A stretch of DNA of 64,000 bases from Bacteroidota bacterium (GTDB lineage: Bacteria; Bacteroidota; Bacteroidia; Bacteroidales; FEN-979), in contig JBAXKG010000003.1 in NCBI GenBank assembly GCA_037137455.1, forward strand, positions 20,373 through 84,372, read 5' to 3'. Below, piece after piece: positions 19,623 through 30,935 of the stretch. A program made the translations under genes and the position numbers. Numbering within the stretch: the first letter of the stretch is position 1; every line of letters starts with the position of its first letter. The notes under the pieces are model-generated. The model saw only the letters and a program-made list of their open reading frames with translations. It was not told the DNA's origin and did no database searches.

Positions 19623-20645
19623 TCATTGGGTTTTTAAGTAGGAGTGTTTACCAATGTTACTATCCTGACGGTACTTTTGGGTTATCATTCTGATCTGTCG
19701 GTCAAAGGCAACGATACGGTTTAATCGCAAAAAATAGAAAGACTGGATCAGCATCAATTTCAAGGCACCGCCGGTAGAAAATACCCCGTTTTGTAATCCA
19801 AAGCGGATGACTGAAAAGCAAATTGCCGTATTTAGCGCCTTGGCAGCCCCGATAGCAATATTTCCACCAAGGAGATTCAGGTCTTCTTTTATCTCATCAT
19901 TCATGACCGGAATCAGGGAAGTCGCATGGTTTATGAAAATATTTTTCCGGCTCTGCAACTTTGCCGGTGAGCTGATTTCTCCCTGGCTGATGCTGTTGGT
20001 TTCATGTTGACGGTATAGTACATCCGGCGGAAGGCAATAATATTTGAGACCTTTCAACCCGGAGATGATTGCCTTGAGATGAAAATCAACATCCTGCCAG
20101 CAGGCAAGTCCTTCGGTAAAACCACCGATTTTTTGAACTGCCTCTTTTCTCCATATTGGGCCTGATGTTTGCCATGGCGCATCAAGTATCAGGAAACGGT
20201 GAAGATCTGGCTTCCCATTGTCGATATTCCATAAAAAATCGGCATTCTGCGGATTGGTGGTAAACATGCGGATTGGAAATACCCAAAAATCACAACCGGG
20301 TTCTTTTTCAATGATTGAAGCACGTTGCGACAAAGCATTAGGCATAAGCAAGTCATCAGAATCAAGGAAAATAAGAAAGTTTCCTTTTGCGAGGGCAATT
20401 CCAATATTCCGGCAAGTAGGGGCTCCTGATGGCTTCCTGTCTCTTTTAAAAAAAGTGATGCGCGAATCATTTTTTGAAAAGGCGCCACTGATCTGTTCAC
20501 TGTTGTCGGATGATCCATCATCCACCACGATTGCTTCCCAGTTCTGATAGTCCTGTTTTATAATTGATTCAAGTGTCTCCTGCAATAAATCGCCGCGGTT
20601 GTAATTCGGAATGATAACTGATATTTTAGGACTTCCGGGATTCAT
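19623..20645 (-). CDS. GT2 glycosyltransferase
   Basis: SVIIPNYNR, VDDGSSD, CRNIG and FLDSDD. Confidence 0.92.
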   Translation of the reverse strand: MNPGSPKISVIIPNYNRGDLLQETLESIIKQDYQNWEAIVVDDGSSDNSEQISGAFSKNDSRITFFKRDRKPSGAPTCRNIGIALAKGNFLIFLDSDDLLMPNALSQRASIIEKEPGCDFWVFPIRMFTTNPQNADFLWNIDNGKPDLHRFLILDAPWQTSGPIWRKEAVQKIGGFTEGLACWQDVDFHLKAIISGLKGLKYYCLPPDVLYRQHETNSISQGEISSPAKLQSRKNIFINHATSLIPVMNDEIKEDLNLLGGNIAIGAAKALNTAICFSVIRFGLQNGVFSTGGALKLMLIQSFYFLRLNRIVAFDRQIRMITQKYRQDSNIGKHSYLKTQ

Positions 20646-20655
20646 TGGGATAGTA

Positions 20656-21690
20656 TCAGGTAGGATTACTTTTTGTTCTGAAGATTGATTTTACGGCAAC
20701 ACCGATTTTTACAGCAGGGTCACCTAAAAGGGGCAACAACAGCATTTTCCAGGTGCGTCTATCTTTCCATCCGTCACGCAGAATTTCACCGCCATACTTT
20801 CTTATCTGCTGCCAATCACCGGCGTTTACTACCAATCCATAAATATATTCCAGGTCTTCACGGAAGTTATTTCCAGAAGAAGAGTTCGCGGTTAGCTTTA
20901 TTGCTTCCTTTGATTGAGCCGGTGCAACTGGTTCCCCACGCATGATAGGATCAGATCCGGTTTCGCGGCGCTGAAGCGAGTATTCGATCAATAATTGCCG
21001 AAAATGTTGAATCTTGCCGGAATGACGCTGTGTCGCTGATGCCCCGTGCAACCTCATAAAATATGTGCATTTGTTCAATACCGCGATCTTGTATTTTTCA
21101 AGTAATCGCAACCACAAGTCATTGTCTTCTGAAACTGTAAATTCCGTCCGGTATTTTCCGATGGAGATTACCTCTTGTCGGCGGTAACAGGCAGTACCAT
21201 GCACCACCGGACTTGAGCTGTGAATATTAAAATGGGAGAAATCGAGATCTACCATGGCACGGTCCCTGAAAAAATTGCTGTTGGGGACCCTGTATTTCCA
21301 GGCGATTTTTCCGATGGCAGTCATGAAGGCTTCCTGGTTGCATACCATAACATATTCGGGATGGGTTTCAAGGAAATCAACCTGAATCTGAAAGGAATCG
21401 GGGGTTGAAATATCGTCAGCATCATGCCGTCTCACATATTTTCCCCGGGCAACATCGAGCCCGTTGTTCAGTGATCTGGCTACTCCCTGGTTTTTCTGGG
21501 TTAAGGCAACGATCCTCGGATCATGGTATTCCTTAATTATTGTTTCTGTGTCATCGGTTGATCCATCGTTGACTATGATCAACTCAAAATCGGTAAAAGT
21601 CTGAGCAAGTATGCTATCTATGGCAGGCCTTAGATAATCCCTGCCATTGAAAACCGGCATCAGAACACTCAATGTTGGTCGAGGTTCCAT
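20656..21690 (-). CDS. GT2 glycosyltransferase
   Basis: SVLMPVFN, VNDGSTD, HDADD and SEDNDLWLR. Confidence 0.92.
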   Translation of the reverse strand: MEPRPTLSVLMPVFNGRDYLRPAIDSILAQTFTDFELIIVNDGSTDDTETIIKEYHDPRIVALTQKNQGVARSLNNGLDVARGKYVRRHDADDISTPDSFQIQVDFLETHPEYVMVCNQEAFMTAIGKIAWKYRVPNSNFFRDRAMVDLDFSHFNIHSSSPVVHGTACYRRQEVISIGKYRTEFTVSEDNDLWLRLLEKYKIAVLNKCTYFMRLHGASATQRHSGKIQHFRQLLIEYSLQRRETGSDPIMRGEPVAPAQSKEAIKLTANSSSGNNFREDLEYIYGLVVNAGDWQQIRKYGGEILRDGWKDRRTWKMLLLPLLGDPAVKIGVAVKSIFRTKSNPT

Positions 21691-21699
21691 AACGATTAT

Positions 21700-22956
21700 T
21701 TATTTAAAACTCCAGGCAGACTGTAGTACTGTTTTGGCCCGTTTATCAAATGGATAAGGTCTTTGGATAAACTTATCTCCCTGTTTAATCGTAAACCGGA
21801 TACAGTTTTCTATATAATCAAAAGTGCCATAGGAATTGCCAAGCCATAAAGAAATATAATATGTTCCCGGTGAGAAACAGATATTGCGCACTATCACTGC
21901 GATGGTGGTGGTATTGCCTTTAGAGATGTTCTTTATCTCAAAACAATCATCAGCGTTGTTAATATGGCCGATGAATTCGTTTGCATCATTTCGGATATCA
22001 AGTGTCATATCACAGAAATCGATCGTTTCATTGGCTTTTGAAGTGGCGGTAACCATAAAATCATCTCCGAGGAAAACCTCATCAATGGGTTTGCCGCTCA
22101 TATTGGTCATTTTGTACTCCAAAAACTCGATGACCCGTGTGCCGCTTCTGCGTAATTCATTTTCGTCGACCGACATTTGTTTGTAGGCGGAGGTGATATC
22201 ATGCACTTTCCCTTCCATCTTGAGCATCCCGTTTTGCATAAGGATCCCCTGGGTGCATAATTGTTCAACTGCCGTAAGATTATGACTTACAAAAAGAACA
22301 GTTCGGCCACTGCGTGAAACAGACTGCATTTTTCCGATAGCCTTCTTCTGGAATTCAGCATCACCTACCGCAAGCACCTCATCGACAATCAGTATTTCCG
22401 GTTCAAGGTGGGCAGCCACGGCAAAAGCAAGTCTTACATACATGCCGGATGAATATCGTTTTACAGGGGTGTCGACATATTTTTTTATCCCCGAAAATTC
22501 TACAATTTCATCGAATTTAGATCTGATCTCCTTTTTTGTCATGCCCAGAATAGCGCCATTGAGATATATGTTCTCCTTTCCCGTAAGTTCGGGATGAAAT
22601 CCGGTGCCCACTTCAAGCAAGCTGGCGATACGACCTTTGATTTTTATTTCACCGGTTGTAGGTGAAGTAACCCGCGACATCAGCTTAAGCAGGGTCGATT
22701 TTCCGGCGCCGTTTTTACCTACAATGCCAAGGACTTCGCCGTCGCAGATTTCCAGGTTCACATCCTGCAAAGCCCATACATACCTGCCATCAACGGTATC
22801 GAGCCGGTTTGATACTCCCACTTTCATTGTAGGATCTTCTTTCCCGAGGGCCCTGGCAAAAAAACGGTTCAGGTCATGACTTAGCGTACCCGTTCCGACA
22901 TTACCAAGCCTGTATTGCTTGGAAACATTTTCGAGTTTTATAACAACATTCGGCAT
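21700..22956 (-). CDS. wzt: Polysaccharide ABC exporter ATP-binding subunit with C-terminal Wzt_C domain
   Basis: Walker A GKNGAGKST, LLEVGTGFHPELTG, YSSGMYVRLAF and DEVLAVGD; about 150 aa C-terminal beta-rich extension. Confidence 0.93.
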   Translation of the reverse strand: MPNVVIKLENVSKQYRLGNVGTGTLSHDLNRFFARALGKEDPTMKVGVSNRLDTVDGRYVWALQDVNLEICDGEVLGIVGKNGAGKSTLLKLMSRVTSPTTGEIKIKGRIASLLEVGTGFHPELTGKENIYLNGAILGMTKKEIRSKFDEIVEFSGIKKYVDTPVKRYSSGMYVRLAFAVAAHLEPEILIVDEVLAVGDAEFQKKAIGKMQSVSRSGRTVLFVSHNLTAVEQLCTQGILMQNGMLKMEGKVHDITSAYKQMSVDENELRRSGTRVIEFLEYKMTNMSGKPIDEVFLGDDFMVTATSKANETIDFCDMTLDIRNDANEFIGHINNADDCFEIKNISKGNTTTIAVIVRNICFSPGTYYISLWLGNSYGTFDYIENCIRFTIKQGDKFIQRPYPFDKRAKTVLQSAWSFK

Positions 22957-22999
22957 TTTATAATATTTTCATGAATCAAATATTTTTTGAAGTTGATCT

Positions 23000-23878
23000 T
23001 TAAACAGTGTCCATGAATGTCTTCTCCACTTTGTTAAAGATGATGACCCCAATCATCAGAAGGACAATAGTGAAACAAAAACTGTAGAGAAGGTGTATGT
23101 AATTGATCTGGCCGACACCTAGTAATGCGGTTCTGAATGTCTCTACAACAGGTGTCATGGGATTCGCAATTACCAGCAGTTTGTATTTTTCAGGAATTTC
23201 GGATAACGGATAAATGATGGGAGTAGCATACATCCAAAGTGTAACACCAAATGTAACCAGGTGGGAAAGATCACGGTACTTTGTAGTGAGTGATGAAATA
23301 ATGATTCCAAACCCCAAACCTAACCCTGCCATCAATATTACGAGGAAAGGGATCCATAAAACAAGGATATTAGGGCTGACATCAGAACCACGGGCCATGA
23401 AATATACAAGAAATAAGCAAAGAAATGCGAATTGAATCACAAAGCTCACAAGGTTGGAAATCACCACAGAGATAGGCAGTGCCAGACGTGGGAAATAGAC
23501 TTTGCCAAAAATGGAGGCATTTTTAATGAAGGTCTGGGAGGTGTCGTTCAGGCATGTGGAAAAGTAGGTCCAGCCCACGATCCCCGACATATAGAACAGC
23601 ATTTTAGGAATCCCGTTTGTGGGGATGCCGGCAATGTTCCCGAAAATAATTGTAAACATAATTGTGGTAAGTAACGGTTGTATAATGAACCACAATGGGC
23701 CAAGGATGGTTTGTTTGAATTTGGAGACGAAATCCCGCTTGACGAAAAGCATTATCAGATCGCGGTATTGCCAGAGTTCATGAATATTAATATCCAGTAA
23801 ATTGCGTTTGGGACGCAGTATCATCGTCCATTCATCAGGCAGGATGTTGCTTTGTACATCAGAATTGTGTGTGTTCAT
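23000..23878 (-). CDS. wzm: Polysaccharide ABC exporter permease
   Basis: KQTILGPLW, KVYFPR, YRDL, MYATPIIYP and NPMTP. Confidence 0.93.
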   Translation of the reverse strand: MNTHNSDVQSNILPDEWTMILRPKRNLLDINIHELWQYRDLIMLFVKRDFVSKFKQTILGPLWFIIQPLLTTIMFTIIFGNIAGIPTNGIPKMLFYMSGIVGWTYFSTCLNDTSQTFIKNASIFGKVYFPRLALPISVVISNLVSFVIQFAFLCLFLVYFMARGSDVSPNILVLWIPFLVILMAGLGLGFGIIISSLTTKYRDLSHLVTFGVTLWMYATPIIYPLSEIPEKYKLLVIANPMTPVVETFRTALLGVGQINYIHLLYSFCFTIVLLMIGVIIFNKVEKTFMDTV

Positions 23879-23899
23879 GTTCTGTTCTTCAGATTAAAA

Positions 23900-24865
23900 T
23901 CAACCATACTTTTTGATAAAATCGCAATATGTACTTGTAATCCCTTCACGCAAGGTGATTCGCGGCGTAAAACCGAGTGCAGTAAGTTTGGTGACATCCA
24001 ACAATTTTCGGGCAGTTCCATCGGGTTTCGAATGGTCAAAGATCAATTCCCCCTGAAAGCCGACGACCTCCCTGATAAGAAATGCCAATTCTTTGATGCT
24101 TATATCTTTCCCCCAGCCCACATTAAAAAACTCATTCCCGAAATAGGTTTCCATCAGGAAAACCCCGGCTGCAGCCAGATCATCAACATGCATGAATTCA
24201 CGCAAGGGTGAACCTGTACCCCAGATATCCACATGTGAGGCATTCGATATTTTGGCTTCATGGAATTTCCTGATCAGGGCTGGTAAAACATGGGAATTCT
24301 GGAGATCATAATTGTCATTTGGTCCGTACAAGTTAGTTGGCATGGCTGAGATGTATTTTGTGCCATACTGCAGGTTGTAGTTTTCGCACATCTTCAGGCC
24401 GGCAATTTTCGCAATGGCGTAAGGTTCATTGGTGTATTCCAATGCGCTGGTAAGCAAATGCTCTTCCTTAATTGGCTGAGGGGCATTCTTTGGATAGATG
24501 CAGGAACTACCCAGGTATAAAAGTTTTTTAACCTGGGTCAGGTAGGAAGTATGAATTACATTATTCTGAATCTGCAGGTTTTCATATAGAAACTGTGCCC
24601 GGTATGTATTATTTGCAACGATTCCGCCGACTTTTGCGGCAGCATAAAACACATAATCAGGTTCTTCCTCAGTAAACAGATAGCTGCATGCATTCGAATC
24701 CAGAAGATCTACTCGCCGATACCTGACAGATTCCATCTTTTCGGGTACATTGCGGTTATATGTTCCAACGATATTATTATATCCCTGTTTGAGCAGGTTT
24801 CTGAGAATTGCACTTCCCACCATTCCTGCAGAACCGGCTATCAGGATTTTATCCGTTTTATTCAT
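23900..24865 (-). CDS. fcl: GDP-L-fucose synthase
   Basis: [40 protein letters not shown] and [10 protein letters not shown]. Confidence 0.96.
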   Translation of the reverse strand: MNKTDKILIAGSAGMVGSAILRNLLKQGYNNIVGTYNRNVPEKMESVRYRRVDLLDSNACSYLFTEEEPDYVFYAAAKVGGIVANNTYRAQFLYENLQIQNNVIHTSYLTQVKKLLYLGSSCIYPKNAPQPIKEEHLLTSALEYTNEPYAIAKIAGLKMCENYNLQYGTKYISAMPTNLYGPNDNYDLQNSHVLPALIRKFHEAKISNASHVDIWGTGSPLREFMHVDDLAAAGVFLMETYFGNEFFNVGWGKDISIKELAFLIREVVGFQGELIFDHSKPDGTARKLLDVTKLTALGFTPRITLREGITSTYCDFIKKYG

Positions 24866-25973
24866 AGTAATTTTTTATTGCATAACCACCCTCTTTTAGA
24901 TATCTGTCCTTTTTCATCAGAAGCAGATCTCCGGCAACCATGTCTTTTACCAGCGATTGTAAGTCATGTTCGGGAACCCATCCAAGTTTTTCCTTCGCCT
25001 TGGTCGGGTCACCGATCAACAGTTCCACCTCCGTTGGTCTGAAATACCTTGGATCAACGCGAACCACCACATTGCCCGGTTTCACATGGAATTCGGGATT
25101 AGTGCACTCCTTAACGATGCCTGTTTCATTTACCCCTTCGCCTTCAAAGTCAACAATAATACCGAGTTCCCTGAAGGCCATACGAACAAAGTCGCGTACC
25201 TCGGTGGTCACTCCTGTTGCGATCACAAAATCATCGGGTGTATCCTGTTGTAAAATGAGATACATTGCCTTCACGAAATCTTTTGCATGGCCCCAGTCCC
25301 GTTTAGCCGACAAATTTCCAAGGTGAACACTATCCTGAAGCCCCAGGGCAATTTTTGCAACGGCCCGGGTTATTTTACGGGTCACAAATGTTTCACCCCG
25401 GATTGGGGATTCATGGTTGAAAAGAATCCCGTTGCAGGCAAACATGTTGTAAGCTTCACGAAAGTTCACCACGATCCAGTAAGCGTAGAGCTTGGCAACA
25501 GCATATGGTGACCTTGGATAAAAGGGCGTTTTTTCAGTTTGCGGAATCTCCTGTACCTTACCATACAATTCGCTGGTGGAGGCCTGATAGAATTTTGTTT
25601 TTTCCGTCATTTTCAACAACCGGATTGCTTCCAACAACCGCAAAGTCCCGACAGCATCAGCATTGGCTGTATACTCGGCAGTATCAAAACTAACTGCAAC
25701 ATGCGACATAGCCGCGATATTATAAATCTCATCGGGCTGGGTTTCCTGAACGATCCTGATAAGATTGGTAGAATCAGTCATATCTCCATAATGGAGGAAA
25801 AAATTCTTGTTGGTAGCAAAAGGATCCTGGTAAAGGTGATCAATACGGTCGGTATTGAAAAGTGAGGATCTGCGTTTGACCCCATGAACAATATATCCAA
25901 GTTTAAGCAGATATTCCGACAGGTAGGCTCCGTCCTGACCGGTCACTCCCGTAATCAATGCGACTTTACTCAT
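24858..25973 (-). CDS. gmd: GDP-mannose 4,6-dehydratase
   Basis: [35 protein letters not shown] and TFVTRKIT. Confidence 0.97.
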   Translation of the reverse strand: MSKVALITGVTGQDGAYLSEYLLKLGYIVHGVKRRSSLFNTDRIDHLYQDPFATNKNFFLHYGDMTDSTNLIRIVQETQPDEIYNIAAMSHVAVSFDTAEYTANADAVGTLRLLEAIRLLKMTEKTKFYQASTSELYGKVQEIPQTEKTPFYPRSPYAVAKLYAYWIVVNFREAYNMFACNGILFNHESPIRGETFVTRKITRAVAKIALGLQDSVHLGNLSAKRDWGHAKDFVKAMYLILQQDTPDDFVIATGVTTEVRDFVRMAFRELGIIVDFEGEGVNETGIVKECTNPEFHVKPGNVVVRVDPRYFRPTEVELLIGDPTKAKEKLGWVPEHDLQSLVKDMVAGDLLLMKKDRYLKEGGYAIKNYYE

Positions 25974-26010
25974 GGTATTTGTTTTTAAATAGTAAAATTT
26001 TCCTTTGATG

Positions 26011-28380
26011 TTAAAACTTCCTGATTAGTTCAATGATCGACTTTCTGACTCCGATAAAAATTCCTGGAATAATGGATTTCCGCCCCAGTTCAGCGCTGAG
26101 ATCATTCCCGGCAATTTTAATCTTTTGTTTAAAATCTGTAAATACAATATGAATTCTCTTCATCTTATTTTCAATTGCCTCGGCAATTGATTTTGCAAAC
26201 ATTTTTTTATCAGAGTGATTATACCTCGTAACAAACAGGGTAACATCGGCAAAACGGTTGAGCAGAAAAGCATCTCCAACAATCCCGATAGGAGGAGTAT
26301 CCATGACGATAAAGTCGTATCTTTTGCGCAACTCGGCAAACAGGAGTCGGTTTTTTTCCGATTCAATTAACTCATCAGGGTTGGGAGGAACAGGTCCTGA
26401 AAGCAATATGTCAAGGTTTTTGGTATATGTTTTTTGTATGACCTGGTCAACGGGGATATCATTGATTAAAAAATTGGTTACTCCTTCATTTCCGGAAAGG
26501 TTGAACGATTCGGCAATTTTAGGTCGTTGCAGGTCGAAACCGAGTAGCAGTGTCCGTTTTCCAGCCAGGGCGTAAATAGAGGCCAGGTTTATAGCCAAAA
26601 ATGTCTTTCCATCTCCGTTAATTGATGAGGTTATCATGATTACCTGTTCTCCGCTCCTGGGATCCAGGTTGAGTTTTATCTTTATTATCCTTAATATCTC
26701 AGTGAAGAATGAATTGGCCTGGAGAAGGATTTTCCCTGTCCTCTTGTCGGTATTGCGGATGAGGGTTCCGATAATCGGAACATCGGTGATTGCCTCAATA
26801 TCATCTGTTGACATAATCCGGTTGTTGAAGAGAACGACAACAAACAGGAAAACAGCAGGTAGAAGCAATGCCCAGATAAAGGCGTTTATAAAAGCCGTTG
26901 TGGGACTGGCAGAAATAACCATGACGCCTGTATCGCCGGCATAATCAACAATTTCATGATCGGAACTGTTAGCAGCAAGTTGAATCTCAACCTCCGATTT
27001 CCGTTTTAATAAAAAGTCGTAGAGATTATTGAAAACATTGTATTTTCTCTCTATTTCAAGGTATTGCCTTTCAATACCGGGTAATGTTGCAAATTCGGCA
27101 TCCTTTTTCCCCAAACGCTCATCTGTATCTTTGATTTTGATTTTAGTGGTCTGAATTATACTCTGCATGTTTTCCAATAATGCAGTCTTCATGTTGACAA
27201 TCTGTTCTTCAAGTGTCTGAATATAAGGATTTTGTCGCGATGAATTTGCAACCAGATCCTCCTTCTCAAGCGATACAGTGGATAATTTTAAAACCAGGTC
27301 TGAAAACAGGGGCAGACTTAGTCCAACAGTTGAGGGCATCACGATATCACTATATGAGTTTCGTGTTTGCAGATAATCGAGCAAATATTCATAATACTTT
27401 AAATCGGCCATTAATCCGGCACGGCTTTTTGATTCATTGTTCATTTCACTCAGCAACATAGCGGCTTTGGCCGAAAGTTGCATGAATTTATTAACCTTTC
27501 TGAACTCTTCCAGTCGTTGTTCTGCCGAATCGAGATCTTTACCCATTTGGAGCAGCTGGCTGTTGATGAATTCAATTGTACTGATAAGGATTCTGTTCTT
27601 TTTTTCAAGGTTGGATGTCAGAAACATCCGGGTTAGTTCATTCAGGTAATCTTTCTCTTTTTCTTTGTTGGGGCCTGATGATGAAATGATAATGACAGAA
27701 GTTTGTTTCTCGGGTTCGATGACCGTTTTGTCGCGGTACTGGCCAGCCAGCTGATTGATGTCATTAATGATGAATCCATATACCTGCGAGGTGTAATCCT
27801 GCGCATTGATGCTGTCTTTGAGCGCAACTGAAAAAGAGTATTCGTTCGACTCAACAGTATCGCCAAACATAAAGGTTTTCGGTTCTTTAAAAGGAGGGTA
27901 ATCATCTGACCAGATCTGGAATTTGCCTGGCCCGGTTAATTTCAAGTTAAACATGATTGTTTTTGGCTGCTTATGCGATTTGTTAAAGGAGACCAGAAAA
28001 GGAGCTCTTTTATAAATCTCTTCCCAAACGTATTTACCCTTAGCAAAATAGGATACCTGAAAATTGAGATTTTCAAGAATATGCCTGATTTGTGAAAAGG
28101 ATTTTAAAATGGCGATCTGGTTGTCAATAAGTTTTGAATTCAGAAAAAGCGGATCAGCCGAAATGGAGCCGCGCTGGTCGAGTACCGATTTGTTGCTTTT
28201 ATCTTCAATCAGTACAGAAGTGGATTGTTTATAAACCGGGATTACATACCGGTTTTTATACATAGCAAAGAAATAGGCAATAATAAACGCAAATAAAAAC
28301 AGATACCAGTTGCCCAGATATTTATTCAATACCCTTTTGATATCGATTCCTCCGGTCAGGCCTGCACTGGCTTTACCCAC
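26011..28380 (-). CDS. wzc: Wzc-like polysaccharide co-polymerase / BY-kinase lacking the C-terminal Tyr cluster
   Basis: Two TM helices around a coiled periplasmic domain; Walker A GDGKT, A' FDLQRP and B MDTPP; GTG start. Confidence 0.9.
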   Translation of the reverse strand: MGKASAGLTGGIDIKRVLNKYLGNWYLFLFAFIIAYFFAMYKNRYVIPVYKQSTSVLIEDKSNKSVLDQRGSISADPLFLNSKLIDNQIAILKSFSQIRHILENLNFQVSYFAKGKYVWEEIYKRAPFLVSFNKSHKQPKTIMFNLKLTGPGKFQIWSDDYPPFKEPKTFMFGDTVESNEYSFSVALKDSINAQDYTSQVYGFIINDINQLAGQYRDKTVIEPEKQTSVIIISSSGPNKEKEKDYLNELTRMFLTSNLEKKNRILISTIEFINSQLLQMGKDLDSAEQRLEEFRKVNKFMQLSAKAAMLLSEMNNESKSRAGLMADLKYYEYLLDYLQTRNSYSDIVMPSTVGLSLPLFSDLVLKLSTVSLEKEDLVANSSRQNPYIQTLEEQIVNMKTALLENMQSIIQTTKIKIKDTDERLGKKDAEFATLPGIERQYLEIERKYNVFNNLYDFLLKRKSEVEIQLAANSSDHEIVDYAGDTGVMVISASPTTAFINAFIWALLLPAVFLFVVVLFNNRIMSTDDIEAITDVPIIGTLIRNTDKRTGKILLQANSFFTEILRIIKIKLNLDPRSGEQVIMITSSINGDGKTFLAINLASIYALAGKRTLLLGFDLQRPKIAESFNLSGNEGVTNFLINDIPVDQVIQKTYTKNLDILLSGPVPPNPDELIESEKNRLLFAELRKRYDFIVMDTPPIGIVGDAFLLNRFADVTLFVTRYNHSDKKMFAKSIAEAIENKMKRIHIVFTDFKQKIKIAGNDLSAELGRKSIIPGIFIGVRKSIIELIRKF

Positions 28381-28383
28381 GGT

Positions 28384-29193
28384 TTATAGTTTAGTTAACG
28401 TAAGAACCAAAACCGCGAAAGTTACAATCGTCGTCAATATCGATATAGAGAAAGTGGGAGTAATCCCAAACGCTTTGGCTTTCATGGGTTCGGCATATAT
28501 CAGATCGTTCGGGTATACATAAAACATGTTTTTCCCGATCAAATTACCACTCCTCAAATCAATTACATACATTTTCTTTTCACCATTTTCATTGCGCAGA
28601 ACTTTTATCTTGTTCCGCTTGGCATAGTCTGTCAATCCTCCTGCCAGTGAAACGGCTTCGAATATTGTAAGTTTATTTCGCATCATGTTATAGGTGCCTT
28701 GCTTTGTAAACTCACCAAGCATATAAATGGTGTTATTAATCAGTACTACCTCAATTCTGCAACGGCCAACAATTTTGGCTGCATGCACTTTCACGGTATC
28801 GCGAGCCTCTCTGATAGTCAAACCTCCGAGTCGAATGATGCCAATATAGGGGAAATAAATGGTGCCATCGTCATACACATGATATCCGACAAGCGCCTGA
28901 TTTTCGCTGTTAAGGTAGTTAATACCAGCAACAGGTTCCACAAACTGTGTTATAGGTTTTTCGACAGAAGTTATACTGATGTATAAGTAATCATTTGGCT
29001 GAATACGGTATATGGTATCTTCAAAATGTTTTCCCTCAAAGGTGTTGGCATAGGTGCTGTCGATCAGTTTGTCGTACTGCATTAAAAGCAGATTCTTTTG
29101 AGGGATGCATGAAGACAGAAAAACAAAGGCAATGAGAATACTGAAGATAAAAATCCGGTTGATGGATAAAGATCCTGATGAGGTTAAAATCAT
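28384..29193 (-). CDS. wza: Wza-like polysaccharide export lipoprotein
   Basis: Lipobox LSSC, YRIQPND, DGTIYFPYIG, SLBB motif LAGGLTDYA and C-terminal hydrophobic helix. Confidence 0.9.
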   Translation of the reverse strand: MILTSSGSLSINRIFIFSILIAFVFLSSCIPQKNLLLMQYDKLIDSTYANTFEGKHFEDTIYRIQPNDYLYISITSVEKPITQFVEPVAGINYLNSENQALVGYHVYDDGTIYFPYIGIIRLGGLTIREARDTVKVHAAKIVGRCRIEVVLINNTIYMLGEFTKQGTYNMMRNKLTIFEAVSLAGGLTDYAKRNKIKVLRNENGEKKMYVIDLRSGNLIGKNMFYVYPNDLIYAEPMKAKAFGITPTFSISILTTIVTFAVLVLTLTKL

Positions 29194-29218
29194 GACATTC
29201 TCTCCCTGTAAATCGAAA

Positions 29219-29226
29219 CAAATATA
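29219..29226 (-). promoter_or_regulatory. Internal -7 box (TATATTTG) upstream of wza
   Basis: Exact TAnnTTTG match in the 116-bp gap before wza. Confidence 0.5.
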
Positions 29227-29309
29227 ATAAAATAGATACGGAAAGGAAACAATAAAATTAATATAATGGGATTGAATCCGCTATAAGCTCTAAAATTTCA
29301 ATGCAATGG

Positions 29310-30881
29310 TTATTTTATTGTACGATACACAATACGAAGTAAATCGTTGCGATTGACAGGTTTCACCAGGTATCCATTGAAATTATTGTCTGTGATGCGG
29401 TCGATTAAGCTCTTTGCGGTAAAAGCAGTTTGAGCGATGAAAGGAATATTTTGATATTCGGGCCACCTTTTTTCCATTTCCGCCTTTAAGAGTATTCCGT
29501 CCCATGGTTTTGGCAATCCGATGTCCATAATCACAATATTAAAAATAATACCCTTGTTATAAAAACCCTCTGTAATATTCAATGCTTCATTGCCTGAAAA
29601 GGCTGTTGAAACAGCAGAAATATTCTCGAAGTACAAATTCAGAAGGGATGCACTGAATTTGTCGTCCTCAACAATTAAGATATTCAGAGCCCTTTCCCCT
29701 ATGTTTTGTTCTAATTGTGCCAGATCATCCAGGCTGTCGCTTCCAGGTGCAAGCGGAAGCGATACATGTGCTATTTCTGCCATCTGTTCGCCAGTTGAAA
29801 ATGTTATTTTTCCGTCAACCAGATTTAGTGTGTTTAACAGAGACTTAATTTCCGGACTTTGCGATAATACAGGATTGGTTATGTCGTAAAGGTTTTTGGC
29901 ATTCTCGCGTTTAATAAAATTGATAATTCCCTGGGGAATATCCTGGCCCAGATTGTCAATAACAATCACAGCTTTTTCATGGGACGGGTCAAATGCAACA
30001 TCAACAACGACATATTCATTCCTGGAATACTGAAGCGCTTTGGATAGTAGAAATTTAATAAGTTCCAGCAGAAGGAATTCATCAGTAAATACTATTATTT
30101 CATCCGACTGTCTGATTTGGATAGTCAGGTTGTTTTCTCGGGCAACAGGATCCAGCAATATCTGGGCCTTTTGAATGATGGAGGCAATAAGGCAAGGGGC
30201 CCGGTTTACTTCGTAAGAATCAGTTTCTCCGATACTTAACTTATTCAGGAGTGTTTTCAACTGATTGCCGCTCTTCATAATGTATTCAACCTGGCCAAGC
30301 AATTTTTTATCCTTTGAAACAATCGGCTCTTTAAAAAGGAGAGAGCTAAAGCCCAACATATTGTTCAGTAAGTTCCTGACCCGGTGCTCAAAATCAATAT
30401 TCCAACGACCCTGAATCTCGATGGTATTTTCTGATTGCGACAATGTAAGTAACTCATTCCGGGGCTGATCTGCAGTCTGCCTTGCGGTATCTGCAATCTC
30501 ATTTTCCTCAACAACAACACAGGTCCCAAGAAATTTTTGTCCTTCAATTTCCTTAAAATCAATTAAAATTGGAATAAGATATCTCCGTGCATCAATAATG
30601 AAAATTCGGGAAGTAAATTCTGAAAATTGCTTTGCCTCAAAAGAATTTTCATGACCTTTTAAAGTCACAAACAGATCTCTTACATGATATTCTTTGATCT
30701 CTTCTTCAGTATAACCGGTCAATAATTGTGCTTTCTTGTTAAGGATAAGCAAGTCTCCCTCAATATCGGCAAGGAATGTAGCTTCTCTTTTGTTTTCAAT
30801 AAGGGTTTTATAATAATCTTTGTTCGCGAGAGATTTTTTATCGCGTGTCTCTTTATTTCCGAATACTGAACGAATTGCCAT
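29310..30881 (-). CDS. PAS + degenerate HisKA/HATPase + receiver protein (pseudo-histidine kinase)
   Basis: PAS-like LNKKAQLLTGYTEEEI; H-box EHRVRNLLNNMLG; N and G boxes degenerate; intact receiver (IVEDD, IMDIGLP, QTA, LVKP). Confidence 0.8.
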   Translation of the reverse strand: MAIRSVFGNKETRDKKSLANKDYYKTLIENKREATFLADIEGDLLILNKKAQLLTGYTEEEIKEYHVRDLFVTLKGHENSFEAKQFSEFTSRIFIIDARRYLIPILIDFKEIEGQKFLGTCVVVEENEIADTARQTADQPRNELLTLSQSENTIEIQGRWNIDFEHRVRNLLNNMLGFSSLLFKEPIVSKDKKLLGQVEYIMKSGNQLKTLLNKLSIGETDSYEVNRAPCLIASIIQKAQILLDPVARENNLTIQIRQSDEIIVFTDEFLLLELIKFLLSKALQYSRNEYVVVDVAFDPSHEKAVIVIDNLGQDIPQGIINFIKRENAKNLYDITNPVLSQSPEIKSLLNTLNLVDGKITFSTGEQMAEIAHVSLPLAPGSDSLDDLAQLEQNIGERALNILIVEDDKFSASLLNLYFENISAVSTAFSGNEALNITEGFYNKGIIFNIVIMDIGLPKPWDGILLKAEMEKRWPEYQNIPFIAQTAFTAKSLIDRITDNNFNGYLVKPVNRNDLLRIVYRTIK

Positions 30882-30935
30882 GAGTAAAGAGTTATCCTTT
30901 TACGGCTTCCGGGATATAATAGTTTGAAAGTTTCC

